DNA of 63,769 bases, filler included, from Parasitella parasitica NRRL 2501 (lineage: Eukaryota; Fungi; Mucoromycota), in the NCBI GenBank assembly GCA_025201805.1. It is 11 parts of 11 records of this genome, joined end to end, with 100 filler letters (N's around TTAATTAATTAA, not from the genome) between each part and the next. Parts side by side here need not be neighbours in the genome. Positions count along the whole stretch, not along the records: positions 1 to 15,496 come from MU619269.1; 10 more parts are not named here. The stretch is one strand, 5' to 3'. Positions within the stretch are counted from its first letter, which is position 1. Each line of letters starts with the position of its first letter. Positions 1-13,284 of the stretch are shown here, one piece after another. The notes under the pieces were generated by a model. The model saw only the letters and a list, made by a program, of their open reading frames with translations, had not been told where the DNA came from and did not search any database. The position numbers were made by a program, and so were the translations under genes.

Positions 1-1467
1 TTGTATATATTTTGAATCTTTCCAAGTGAGACAGCAATAAACCAAACCAACGCTTATTTTATACACTTTGTGTGCCCCTCGCTTCATGGGTTTTGGGACA
101 GCGCATCACAATTGACGATTGATGTTGTATTTTGTGATCCAGGAGATATGATATTAATTGAACTATTTGAAACCCAATAACCTCGTTTTGAGCATTTTCA
201 TTGGTCGTTTAGAATTAATTGCTCAATTTTATTGGCTTAAAACCACATTTAAACCCAATAACCTGTAAACTAGAGGTTATGATTGGATTACATGACCCCA
301 CTTATGAGCAGTGAGCCCGAGCAAGATGAAATTTTTGTTAAATAAAGGGAGCACAAACACCCATTACTTTTCCTATTGATAATAAGAATTATAAAGTTAA
401 TTATACCAGAAGTTGATGGATACAGAAATAAAATTTAATAATACGAAATGACCTTGCAGTTTAGCTGATATTAGTTTGACGCTTTAATTGAAAAGAGTGC
501 TAAAGGCGGTGAAGTAAGGTGCGGACTATATCTTCAGCGCATTCTCAAACAAGAATACTGCAATGGTCATAAACATGATGTAAAAACGGAATGATTCTTC
601 CCTTTCCGCCCTTCCAAAATAAAATGCTTGAAGATAATTACTAGATTATAGCTCAGAACTGGTTAACTGACATTACTCATAGAAGAGCATAAATGCGCTG
701 ATAAAGAATTTTGTTTGTTGCAATCATTAGGCACAGAACATGTTGAAAGTATTGAGAATTAAAATGTAAGTAAAAAATTTGAAGGTGGGGGGGTAACACT
801 CCTCTTTGACCTGCGAAGCTGAAATAATAGAGGATTCCGAGCATTTTTTAACGAGTAGCAATAACATTGTAGAACTTGTTTTATAAGTTAGTACTGGGCT
901 GAGAGTCGTCTTTCGCTAAATAGAAAAGTAAATATACACAAATCTTTGATGCGCTGAACAGAACTTGGCTAACATGAGTACATTATCGTAGCCAAGCAAA
1001 TGCCTAAAAAAAAGTTGGATTTATTCTATTAAGCTAATTGTTGCATTGGTCTCTCCCCGATATAGCGAGTATTTGCATGTATGGTAACTGCTTGGTTGTA
1101 ACACATTGGCCGTTTATTTAAAAGTCTAAAATATCATGACAAAAAAAAAGGTACTTTGACATGATCAAAATTACAACATACAATAACAAGAAAAATGTTT
1201 CAAACATTTTGTAATCTGTTCAATCTTTTTTTGTTGTTGTTGTAGGTTGACACGGAAAATTGGCAATGACCAGTCTTTTCCTCTCATATATCTTTTTCTA
1301 ATATTTGTTTTCAACATTTTTTTTTTGCCTCTGTGATATTATTGTAGTGCTACACAAAACAATGAAGTGAGTAGCTTGCATTTTGTTTCCATGTTTAAAC
1401 ACTAAGATACTTTGCAAGCGTCTGATCTGGCTATCATTGGCTACTGGCTCTGAATTTTCTACAATCA

Positions 1468-2103
1468 ATCTGATAAAAAATATTATCTAAATTCTATGAA
1501 ACAGTCATAAACAAATGCACTAGGATCTGATAAGATCAGATTAAAGTTCCATTCGATTCAATTAAGAGATTGAAGTACTAAAACTTAGGAAATTTATAGA
1601 GTCATATTAGATCAATAAGTTATATTTACTAGTTATAAGTTTTATGACTCTCAAGATAATTAATTTTGTACTTCCGGTACATTTTAGAAAAAAGAACAAT
1701 AGGAAGGTTAGTTGGATTACTTGAAATTCAGTTGATAATTGAAAGAATGAAGTCGCTTAAACCAATTATAAGCTTTATTTTATTAGGTGTGTTTTTCTAC
1801 CATAAATTTGTAAATTTTGATTTTATATCTTTACAAACTGTTTCCTCTACAAGAAATTACAAACGTAGAGTTGGACCTATTTGCAAATCAAACGATGATG
1901 GGAATAGGCAATTGAAAATAGTGCTTCAAGCATTATCTTCTTCTCAGCGGAGATGCCTCTAGACTTCAATGTACAACAAATGGGGTTACAAAGCTTAAAC
2001 TACACACCACAGGGGGTCTGATGATGATCCTTAACTTTATCAGATTCACTGTCACGAAAAACGTTGGCTATAAATAACTATCAGAGAAAAAAAGATCTGA
2101 TAA
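1468..2103 (+). promoter_or_regulatory. Cluster of ATCTGATAA GATA-repressor (SreA/Fep1/Urbs1-type) boxes plus TATA box upstream of heme oxygenase
   Basis: ATCTGATAA at 1468, 1525 and 2095, its reverse complement TTATCAGAT at 2037, near-match ATCAGATTA at 1535; TATAAATA at ~2069; ATG at 2144. Confidence 0.65.
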
Positions 2104-2143
2104 TATCCATTTCTATTTTCCTATCTATTTGTTTATATATATT

Positions 2144-3702
2144 ATGAGCGCCTCTACTACCTGTCCTGCTTTTGTTACAAAATCCAAGGATTCTTGTCCA
2201 TTTATGCTTGTAGATCAAGATGCTGAAAACGTTAGTTTGGCTACAATTGTTGACGGCTGGTAATTTTGTTACTTGAAAAGATCTTTACGCCAGCGATTAC
2301 TCATTAAAAATCTGATTTTTATTTTTTGTCAGCCCCACAGCTAAAAACGAAGGTAGGGGTACTTTTTATTCAAAAGAACCATATTATTCTGATGTTAACC
2401 TACAAGTTTTTAGGTGGATGTCCTTTTGTATCAAAGGCTAAGGACGACATTGAGGACATGATGACTCAGTCATCTGGTGGTCATCCAATCACTCATGGTA
2501 AATACGCATATTTATAATGCTATCTCAACAATAGACTAAATGTTGTACACAGATGTTAAAATAAATAAGTTGAATCATTATTTGCCTGGAACCAAGCCCA
2601 AGAGAAATCAGGAGTATCTTTCTGATCCTCAACTTGCTTCTGCCATGAAGGAAGGTACCAAGGTTGTTCACGCCGCTGCCGAAAACAGTGTTTTCACTAA
2701 GTAAGCTCTCACTAATTTTATTTATTTGGTCTGCTAACGGCTCAATATGGTATATAGGCGTTTCTTAAGTGGCTCTATTAGTCCTGATGAATATGGGAGA
2801 TACATGAACTCTTTGTATTTTGTTTACAAGTAAAGTTTTGTATGCCGTGATTCATAGAATGGCTTATTAACACGTTTCATTCACAGAACAATGGAAGACT
2901 TGTTGGCTCAACATAAAGAGAACCCAATTATCAAGTTGGTTTACTTTCCTTTCGAGCTTACACGTGAACCATCATTGCTTAAAGGTAAATAAACAACATC
3001 TTATGATTGACAGAATCATCTTTACTGATAGACTTAACGTAGATCTTGAGTTTTACTACGGTAAGGACCGCATTGCCGAATTAACCGATTTTGAGAACGC
3101 AACTCCTGCAGTAAAGGTCTATGTCAAAAGCTTGAAGGATGCTGCCGAAAGGAATCCTGCCCTCTTGATTGCTCATAGCTACTCTCGTTATCTTGGCGAT
3201 CTCAGTGGTGGTCAAATCTTGGCTAAACGCTTGAAGAAACATGTGCTCAAGAGAGATGTTACTGATGCAAGTTGGGATTCCCGTCGTGGCCTTGAGTTTT
3301 ACCATTTTGATCACATTCGTAATCATAATGAATTCAAGAATCTTTATCGCCAGCACCTGGACGAATCTCCTGTGACACAATATGTGAAAGGTAAACCAGC
3401 AATATTTGCCATCCCAAGACATGATCATCTAATCACGCCTTTTACTATTAGATTTGATTGTTGCAGAAGCTATTTACTCATTCGAACTGAATATCTCTCT
3501 GTTTGATGAAATTCAAGCTCTTTCAGATAGCAAAAAACTACACGCTACTTTGGATCTTGATGATGCCGAATCTGTTGATTCTCCTACAGAAAGTAAAAGC
3601 ACTACATTTCCTAATGGTGATTGGATTGTTGGCTTTGCTACCGGTATTGCCACTTTTGCCTTTGGTTTATCACTCTATCATCGTATTTATGAGAGACTTT
3701 AA
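2144..3702 (+). CDS. HMX1: Heme oxygenase, multi-exon, with C-terminal membrane anchor
   Basis: Spliced exons give AMKEGTKVVHAAAE (proximal His helix), LIAHSYSRYLGDLSGGQIL (heme oxygenase signature), GLEFYHF, IVAEAIYSFELN and a hydrophobic C-terminus WIVGFATGIATFAFGLSLY; GT-AG introns. Confidence 0.93.
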
Positions 3703-4023
3703 ATCCGTCTATGTCTTCCTTCTTTTATTTATTCGTGAATGCGATCCATCCCTTTCATTATTTATTGAAAGATAATCTATTTATTCGTCTTATTCTGTTG
3801 TTTTCATCCCTGATAAAACTTTCTACAGTAGTTGAACTTATCATTCAAAAATACAGTCGTTCCAGCGCCAAAGGGTGTACTAGTCTGACCTAAGTGTGAA
3901 ATGTGCAAAAATTTATGAACAGTGCCTTTTTTTTACACTCAAGTCTGTAACGACATTGCGTCTATTAATCGGACTTGTGGGCTGTCACCGTAAAAGTTTA
4001 CTAGATGTTTTTTAAGCTCTTGT

Positions 4024-4254
4024 CTAGCTGAGGCTACGGTCTAATAACCAAATAAGTACCATTGTATTTACCGTCGAAACTGCAACACGATTCTCCTTTG
4101 CAGCCTCTGCTGGTAAATAACCTTCTTGCAATACTTGATCAATGATTTTCCTACGCTTTTCAAGAATTCTTTCCCCGTAGGGCCCTCGCTTTGAGTCGGG
4201 ATGTCTTTGATCTGTGACATTTTGATTTCTGTTTGAGTTTTCACTTGTTGACAT
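4024..4254 (-). mobile_element. Helix-turn-helix fragment of a Tc1/mariner-IS630-like transposase (remnant)
   Basis: KRRKIIDQVLQEGYLPAEAAKENRVAVSTVNTMV resembles a transposase N-terminal HTH; no DDE domain follows. Confidence 0.5.
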
Positions 4255-4870
4255 GGCTAAAAATGTACCGTATTGTAACTTTTATTTGAAAAATTATATG
4301 TGATATACTGTAAAGTGTAAAGAAAAAGATGGATACACCATCGATTTTTGATTTATTATTTAAATCATAATTATTTTACGTATTCAACAAGGTGGTCAAG
4401 AGTAATACAGCACTACAGTATAGTTAGCCTCCACTATTACGAACTTCAAGGGTAATTCTGAAGAAATTGAATTTGAGATTTCATGAAATAAAAATTTAAT
4501 CGGTGGAATTGTCCTCAAAATACAGTACAAAATATGTTTAGTCTGAAATATTGAATTGTATTAACACCTTATTACTATGTGCTCAGACATTAAAATATAG
4601 CGCACTTGGTGCAATAAAGCTGCTGTCAACAGCTTTGTTATTGACATAGTCTAATTTACAGAAAGTTTTTGTGTTGAGCCGAAGTTGAGAGCCAAGGCCG
4701 CTTTTGTCATTGTCATCATTGACGAAAATCGCTACATCAGTCAGGTACGCTTCTTCAACGACGCAACCAAGAAGAAGTTTATAGTCAAACTACAATTGAA
4801 TATTAAAGAGATCACAGGCGTTTATTATCAATGAAATTTACACATACATATACAACTTAATACCAGTTAT

Positions 4871-4872
<2 letters not shown>

Positions 4873-4964
<92 letters not shown>
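4873..4964 (+). repeat. ~92-nt pure poly(A) tract, likely a retroposon tail
   Basis: Uninterrupted A run seen directly. Confidence 0.85.
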
Positions 4965-4966
<2 letters not shown>

Positions 4967-5420
4967 AGCTTCTGCATTTAAGCAGTAAAATATTTATGTA
5001 TATTGGGAGAAAGTTTCAATATGAGGAAGATGAACAGAATGTTTTTTTTTTGCTTTGTCAGATATTGCCGGAATCGCTTTTGGGCAACTTTTCTTCTTGA
5101 ATCAATAGAAAAATATCAGATCTTAATTATGGCTACATTGGCATCTTGCGTAAAGAATCCTTCTTCATTTTCTTTTTTCACCTTAAGTAGTCCCGTAAGC
5201 TTATAATGATCACGTTAATCTAGGGCAATAGTGTATTTGCCAGACCATCCTAAGACCTTTTTGTCCATAGTTTGCTTTTTTTTTCTTGTTTGCAATGGTT
5301 TCACACTCGCAACAAGTATTGTGTCAGGCACGGCAAACAATCGGTTTTTGTTAGTTATTTTGTAGAATTTTGTAATTTTGATTATACCTTTTTGTGATTT
5401 TAAAATCTGTTATAATGGGG

Positions 5421-5905
5421 AATCCGCTCGACCAACCAGCCAGTATCAGGACCTTTGTTGAAAAAGCCAATAGAGTTACTGGCTTCTGTCCAAACCCATA
5501 AGGCAAGGGAATGCAAGATTGATCCCACGTCTGGCGCCTTAGTTTTACTCTTTCCATCTATACTTGCTACAGTGTATAGAGCCTTAAAAGAGCAACCCAC
5601 CGGTATTAGGAATCTAATAAATCTGTTGAAAGAAATACAGAGAGCATAGCCAGCCCCATCTAACTGTAATGATAATCCGCTCGACCAACCAACCAGTATC
5701 AGGACCTTTGTTGAAAAAGCCAATAGAGTTACTGGCTTCTGTCCAAACCCATAAGGCAAGGGAATGCAAGATTGATCCCACGTCTGGCGCCTTAGTTTTA
5801 ATCTTTCCATCTATACTTGCTACAGTGTATAGAACCTTAAAAGAGCAACCCACCGGTATTAGGAATCTAATAAATCTGTTGAAAGAAATACAGAGAGCAT
5901 AGCCA
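5421..5905. repeat. Direct tandem duplication, ~230-bp unit, period 253 bp
   Basis: aatccgctcgaccaacc...agagcatagccag occurs at ~5421-5652 and ~5674-5905 with a few substitutions; duplicated ORFs in the track. Confidence 0.9.
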
Positions 5906-6450
5906 GTCATTACGCGATCTTTTTTTTAAGAAACAAAAGCAAAAGACGTGGTAGCTTTTTCATGGGAAAGCTTTAATTTTTGTCAGGCAAAAAAACGCTG
6001 GTTTTGGATTGTCGTGTAACAAATACCTCTTTGTGTTTATCTTCGAATACTACATCAATTTTGCAAATCCAAGTTACTAAATGACAATCTAATAAAAACC
6101 GAAGAATTGAAATCAAAATCTTCCATATTTAGAAGGAAAGTGAGTCTATACCGATACATTATTGTCTAATGCGAGTTAAGGTTGTTAAATGGAAAGGAAT
6201 TATGTTGTAATACCAATCCATGGCACCACCGCAAACAGAAGAATGGCGAAAAGCACATTTTCTTTGCCCATCTTTGTAATAAAGGCAAGTACTAATTTTT
6301 CATGGCAAAGTGAGCTTTGCGGCTCTTTGAGAAAATGAAAACCGCCCTGTGGCGCTTGGAACGGCTCTAACCTGTGTTGTCCTAAAATTACAATAGAAAA
6401 TCCGCAGTGGGGAAAACGCAATACTACGCATTTCTTTTTTCTTTTGATTA

Positions 6451-9400
6451 ATGGGTGTACAAGGTCTTTGGTCGTTAGTTGGTCCAGCCGCAAGACCAAC
6501 ACAGTTAGAGTCTTTGCGACAAAAAAGAGTTGCAGTCGATGCTTCTATCTGGATTCATCAATTTATAAGAACAATGCGCGACAAAGAAGGAAATACTTTG
6601 CGGAATGGCCATCTAATGGGTTTCTTTCGCCGTATATGCAAACTGTTGTTCTTTGATATCAAACCTGTTTTTGTTTTTGACGGTGGAGCGCCATCACTAA
6701 AAAAAAATACTATTGTAAGTATTCATGATACAATATCAAGCAAAAGTTAATGCATTTGCCACATAATAGAGAGAAAGACGACAACGGAGAGAAGGTGTCA
6801 GGGCAAATTTGAAAGTTACAGCAAAGAAAATCCTCAGCGCACAAGTGAAGTCCCGATTATTACATCAAGCAGAACAAAAGTACTTAAAATGCCACTCTGT
6901 ATTGAAAACCAGTATACTAATAATATTGGAAACTTAGATTATGTGGGGAAGATGCAGTTACAAAAGATCAGGATTTCGTCTACTACAATGCAGCAAAAGA
7001 CGTGCTTCAACAAAAGAGAAAGTTCGACCAATTTGAACTTCCAAAAGTCGAGAAAATAGAGACTCGCTTAAACAAACTTGATCCTCGATTGTCCACGAAT
7101 GAAGAAATCCGAGATTTTGTAAACGAATTTGATCCTAATGAGTTAGACATCGACTCTGAGGCCTTTTTTGCATTACCTCACGAAGTCCAATACGAAGTTA
7201 TTCAAGATTTAATGTGGAAATCTCGATCGACGTCTTGGGCTAGACTAGATGATATGATCCGCGGATCAAAGACAGCCTTGGACTTTTCGAAACAACAGAT
7301 AAAGCTTTTAAAGCATAGACACAAAATGTCTCAGAGACTAATGGAAGTAAGTACTGCATCAAGTGGGGCCAAGGTAGAACCTTCTCGTATTGCTGGTGAA
7401 CGAGGGAGACAGTACCTACTATACAAGAATGAAGACATTAGCCAAGGGCTAGGTTGGAAATTGCCTGGACTAAGTGCTTCAGAGCCTGTGATTTTAGATG
7501 CACCACTTATTACAAGATCTGAACCCAAATTGGAAGTCCTAAATGACAGGTTTGTTATTATGCTACATTTTATAATTTAGACTAATAATTTGCAAGTAGT
7601 TTTGTACCGAAAGTGGATAAATCCGTTGACAAAGTTGCAGCTGCTATGGCAAAGAACCCCAAGTTGGCAGCTTTATTTGATAATTTTCTTGACAGTGATG
7701 AGGACGAAGATGATGAAGACGAAATGCAAACCCTTTTACCTAATTGCATAGACGAAAGACAGCCTTTGGATGAAAATAATGGTAAATCGAATAATGACAT
7801 TTTGAATGATATTGGCACATACATGCTTCGTGAGAATGACGATGACGATGACGATGACGCGGCAATCAATCAAGTATTATCTCGTATTTATGAAGAGAAA
7901 GAGTTACAACAGATTCCTAAGGAAATCCAGCAATATCAAGATAATAATGATGCAATTCTTTCGTTGGATGCAGACGATTTCTTTGATTTATGGTTATCCC
8001 GGGTGCCCGATGCATTCCTATATCTACATTCATTCAATGATGAATATAAAACAATTCTAAGAAAAGCAATTGATGAAATAGACGTTGCACAATTATCGAA
8101 GAACCTACAGTCAATACGCAAGCAATTTGGCAAGACTAACGAAAGTGATGAATTGACGCTGGAGGCTCTACAGTTTCAAAAGTCGTTTTTGGAATGCACC
8201 TATAAATGGAGAGAAAAAAGAAACATGCATGCCATTCACTCACCACCATTGTATCAGCGCACAGAAGAGAACATTATCATAGACGACAATGATGAAGATG
8301 AAGACATTGAGTTTATGGATGCCTCAATAACCAATGTCGGCGGTTCTGCGAACAATGTACCGAGTAAATCTCCAAGCTGCGTGCATTTAGATATTTTACA
8401 ATCATCATTGCATTCAAAATCTCCTAGTATTTCAGTAGAGCTTTTAAATGGTCAAACACCAAACATTGTGAAATTTGTAAATAATATATCAACAGCTACC
8501 AATGACAACCGGTCATCAATTCAAAATAATCCTACAATAGAAGAATCGTTAAATGAAGAATATATGTCAAACGAAGCAACTATATCAAATGAAGCCGTTT
8601 TCGAAGAATCAGTAACTGGTCAAGTATCTACATCCACAATGGACCAAGGTTATAATTCTGAAAACGAAGCTCCTGACATACAAGGGGAAGAAGATGAATA
8701 CGCTCGTTTTGTGTCAGACATTGCATCTAAAAAATTAGAAGATGTTCGTTCCGAGCTTCACAAAGATTTGAGAGAACTAAACAAGCAACAACGCAAAGAC
8801 CTAGGCAATGCAGAGGATATCACTGACCAAATGGTTCGTGATATCCAGGAGTTGCTAAAGCTGTTTGGCATTCCTTATTTGGTATCACCGATGGAGGCTG
8901 AAGCGCAATGTGCAACCTTAGAAACTTTAAAACTTGTTGATGGCACTGTTACAGACGATTCGGATGTGTTTTTGTTTGGGGCATCGCGCGTATACAAGAA
9001 CATGTTTAATCAGCAACGTTATGTTGAATGTTACCTGGCAAAGGATGTTGAAAGGGAGATGCTGCTTTCACGCAAAAAACTGATACAATTGGCATTCTTG
9101 CTTGGAAGTGACTATACCGAAGGTATACCTGGTGTTGGGCCAGTTGCTGCAATGGAAATCTTATCTGAATTTTCAGAAATCGAGCAAGATGAGGCATTGG
9201 AGGCACCGCTACAAAGATTCAAACAATGGTATGATAATGGCATAGATGAAACTCCATTTCAGAAAAAATTTGTAAGAAAATCATCATTTTAAGTTTATTT
9301 GAACTTGACATTATTCTTCAAAACACAGAGAAAAAGACATGACACATTAGATTTACCAAATGATTTTCCGAATCCATTAGTTATCGCTGCCTATTACCAT

Positions 9401-9770
9401 CCTAATGTAGACGATACTCCGCAGAAGTTTGTGTGGGGCCAGCCCCAATTAGACTCTCTTCGAATCTTTTTGATGGAGGCCTTTGGATGGTCAGAAACAA
9501 AGGCTGACCAAGTACTCCTTCCTGTATTGCGTGAGATGAACGGCAGAAAGGTATGTCTACTACTTATTTCCATTATCTTGCTTGTATTTGATGTCATAAT
9601 TTCCTTCTTTCTAGTCTACGGGGGACCAAAGCACAATAGAATCCTTCTTTAGAGTTACGAGCTCTGTATCCTCCGGGTCAAACACTCAAGGTACCAAGCA
9701 TTCTAGCAAACGAGTACAAAACATTGTTGATAATTGGCGCAAACAAAAGAAACGCAAAAGTACAAAGTAG
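6451..9770 (+). CDS. RAD2: XPG/Rad2 structure-specific endonuclease (nucleotide excision repair)
   Basis: XPG-N MGVQGLW...AVDASIWI...KPVFVFDG; XPG-I GIPYLVSPMEAEAQCA...TDDSDVFLFG; H3TH LLGSDYTEGIPGVGPVAA; basic C-terminus RKQKKRK; several GT-AG introns. Confidence 0.96.
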
Positions 9771-11273
9771 ACAGTGCCCTCAACACTCACATTTTCGCTA
9801 ATCACCATACTCATTACTCTCAACGGTATTAATACCGTCATTCTTTTATAGAAACTAAACAACTTAATAGTTTATTTTTGCTAGTTAATTTTCGAAATGT
9901 TAAAGAAGAGGCGGTTGTTTATTGAAAAGATAAACTTTGCTTTGAAACACTTACTCAATGTCCTGCATTTAAAATGACACTCTTCTTCCCAATGAGACTG
10001 TATGATACGCTAAACAAACTATTTACTTTTGCAGCTACGATATTAATTATTTTTGCATACAACAAGATATATGATATGCTTAAAAAAACATAAATACCCA
10101 CCTTCATCTTCATCTTTTTCTAGTGCTTGATTTCTTTTTCACTTTCTTTCACTATATTTTCACAGTATTTTCATAGTATCTTCATTATGTCTGATCATAT
10201 GTACCTCAGTGATCATACGCTATCGTAGAAGCAATACTACTATCGGGAATGTAGCCATATATTAAACACATGTTTAGCATAGATTGTACAATCTTATTAG
10301 AAGACACTACCACCTAATTAAACTTATATCACTTTCAAAATCAATCCAAAAATTATACATGTCTGTGATGGAGTACAATTATCTAGTAGTAAGGGTAGAA
10401 TGGTGTATCTAATTGTTGACATTGCTATCAGGGTTATTACTTACTATATAATATATGTAGATATTATTGGTCAAGATGTAATTGACAGCAATGCGGCGAT
10501 GTTTATATGAACTATAAACTTATATGTAAACAACGATCGGTAGTGACAGGTCAGGTTTGCAATGATAAGGATGATTTATAGATAATAGATTTGCTAGTAT
10601 ATGAGAAATGTTTATGGTAATAAACTATAGTAGCTATTACAGATATTTTCACTAGCGTTCCAATATCTTGTAAAAGTTGAACCTATTTATAACAATTGGA
10701 TGTTTTATGTAAAATGAGACATCATGTAATGTGAATCATTACAATGTCAAAGTGTTTAACTAGCATTCCAACTTCCCATTACCTTCCAATATAAAAATTT
10801 ATTATGAGTCTTGTTACTTAAACAGAAACACATACTGTATATTACTGGTTCACTGATCTTAAAGCGTCTAAACACGCATGAGGTACACCAACAATAAACA
10901 AAGACAATACAACTGGTGTTTCTATTAGACTAATCAGGAAAAAGCTGCAATTTTGTACTGAGTTTCCAGCGAAATATGACAATTTTGGCCATACCATACC
11001 ACCAAAGAGACATCGAAAGCTGCAAAATAGGTTTCTAAATCCACAAAAGCTGCCACTATTTTCTCCCAGTTATTACGTGTAAGGATGACATGTATATCAA
11101 GCGTAATCGGCAAAAAGCAGCCATGATAGGCTGCGAAAAAGAGCAAAATAAAGCCTGTCTTATGCGCCATAAGTACAGGCATGATCATCGCTATATGAGC
11201 ATAACTTGGGTTCCACTGGGCGACCTTTCTATCAAAAGTTATGTGCAAAAACAGTTTATTTTTCCTTAATAAG

Positions 11274-11683
11274 TGTTGGATCAAAATAAATATAATAAAA
11301 GCCAAAGGTTAACGAGATACGAAAACTTAAAGCTACTTTATTTAAGATCGAAATTGCATCTGCTATTTATACTTTTTACAACTACATAAATTTATGGTCT
11401 TATTTAGATTACTAATTGACAAGACTAATTCACAGTGACAATCTACTTGACAGGGTACGATATGAGGTTATACAGCAAGGGCTACACGTCTTTGATCTGA
11501 CAGAGCCTTAACCTTTATCCTGGTGCTCAGATCTGTGTTACTTACAGGAATAACCTTCTTGATTTGAAACAGAGACTTTATTCTCCAATTTACACAAGCG
11601 TATCACATCACATCATTGGACAATCTTCAATCTTCAATTGAAGTACATTGCCATGATCTCCTATCTATAATTATGGCAGATCA
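11274..11683 (+). mobile_element. Solo LTR, family A (TGTTGGATCA...GGCAGATCA, ~410 bp)
   Basis: TG..CA ends; homologous copies at 18277, 56255-57320, 61105 and 63283; no matching TSD. Confidence 0.75.
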
Positions 11684-11843
11684 GTGAATTAGTCTTGTCA
11701 ATTAGTAATCTAAATAAGTCACCATAAATTTATGTAGTTGTAAAAAGTATAAATAGCAGATGCAATTTCGATCTTAAATAAAGTATCTTTAGTTTTCGTA
11801 TCTCGTTAACCTTTGGTTTTTTTATTATCTTTTTGATCCAACA
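11684..11843 (-). mobile_element. Inverted partial copy (first ~160 bp) of LTR family A abutting the full copy
   Basis: gtgaattagtc...ttttgatccaaca is the reverse complement of ~11274-11433. Confidence 0.85.
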
Positions 11844-11849
11844 GAACTG

Positions 11850-13169
11850 TCGATGCCGCTAATTCCAAATCAAAACCCTGGTGGTCGAAATACAGTTACG
11901 CTCTACGTGTTCCGGGTGCAATCTACTTTTGTACAGTGGATCGAGCAGAACCCCAAATTGGATGCCTTAAATATTTTTCAAGTGGTGAATCAAAAGAAAC
12001 ATCTAGCATTGCTCGACATTTGAAAAGATCGCATAATTTGAACGAAGATACAAGTAAATGTTGAGCCTTGGGTTGTTATAATCATTGCTTATAGTTAACT
12101 CATAACAAAATTAAAATGTTTATTTTAGATATCACTTTGCAAGCTAAAATTATTAAGGAAATCTCGGAAAGTAATGTTCAATTTGAAAACAAATTGCAGC
12201 TGATTGAATATCGACACATGGTTTTATTGTCTTTTTACTGAATCATAGTCAAGAATAAGATGCAGTAATTGTATACAATAACGTTATTATTACAACAACT
12301 TCCAAGGATGCTTTGTCATATTCAAGGCCCAATTTCTACAAAGTGCTTATGGACCTCATCATTCAAAAACAGCTACCGATGAGCCTCGTGGATAACAACA
12401 AACCACTACAGGATCTCTTGGATTTTTGCTTATCGAATGAAAGCCCTGAGATGAAAAATGTGATCAAATTACCCGTGAGAAATACTATCAGAAATCAACT
12501 CTTAGACTATTTTGATGTGATGAAACGAAAAGCAACTGATGAGAGCTTATAGCCCAAGACTGCATCGCTCTGACAACAGATCTCTGGACATCATCAACAG
12601 GTAAAGCAATCTGCATATCAGCCATATTCTATTGGCTGGTTACTCAATTGATTTGATTAATTATTAGGGCAAAGTTTTATTGGCTTGACCAATCATTTTA
12701 TATCAAAAGAGACATGGAAACCAAGACAAATCACCATAGGCCTAATTCATTTCTATGGATCAACACATTCTGGTATGCAGGAATACGACGTTTGCTTGTT
12801 TTTTGCAAATGATACTGATTTACATATATCAATTTTTAAGGTGACGATCAGGCAACAAAAATCTTTGAGGTGTTACAATCGTATGATCCAAGCATGCTTT
12901 CGAAAGTCTTTGCCGAAACCTGCGATAATGCCAGTAGCAATACAAAGCTTGCCGAAAAACTCGAGCGTCTAATGAGAAGCTCCTACGAGAACATCAAGTT
13001 TGTTGCTTCAAATCAAAGAATTCCTTGTATGAGCCATGTAATAAATTTGGTGACTCAAGACTTATTAAAACAGTGCACCTCCTTGGCATCATCAACACCC
13101 CCCTCAGCACCAACATCCTCCTCTACAACACCAAATATTCTATACAAGCCCAGAGAAAGAAGGATGTAA
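11850..13169 (+). mobile_element. hAT transposase pseudogene (BED-finger-like N-terminus plus first part of catalytic domain), 3' truncated
   Basis: LPMSLVD, ALTTDLWTS, FIGLTNHFI, TCDNASSN and RIPCMSHVINL are hAT motifs; frameshifts; no dimerization domain. Confidence 0.88.
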
Positions 13170-13284
13170 GAAGATAAAGCATGTAAACATACCCAATCTT
13201 CTCTTTAATGTAAAATAGAAAGATAGGTCTGTCCTGGAAATGCTGTGATTTAATAAGGTTAGACACTTTTTGTCAAACATCAGA

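Noticed and set aside
1-1130. Possible DNA-transposon end (aaacccaataacct repeats, ...CAGTG at 313) and MULE-like residues (SNNIVE) near 855
   Set aside because: Too degenerate, and no partner terminus is visible, so it cannot be supported.
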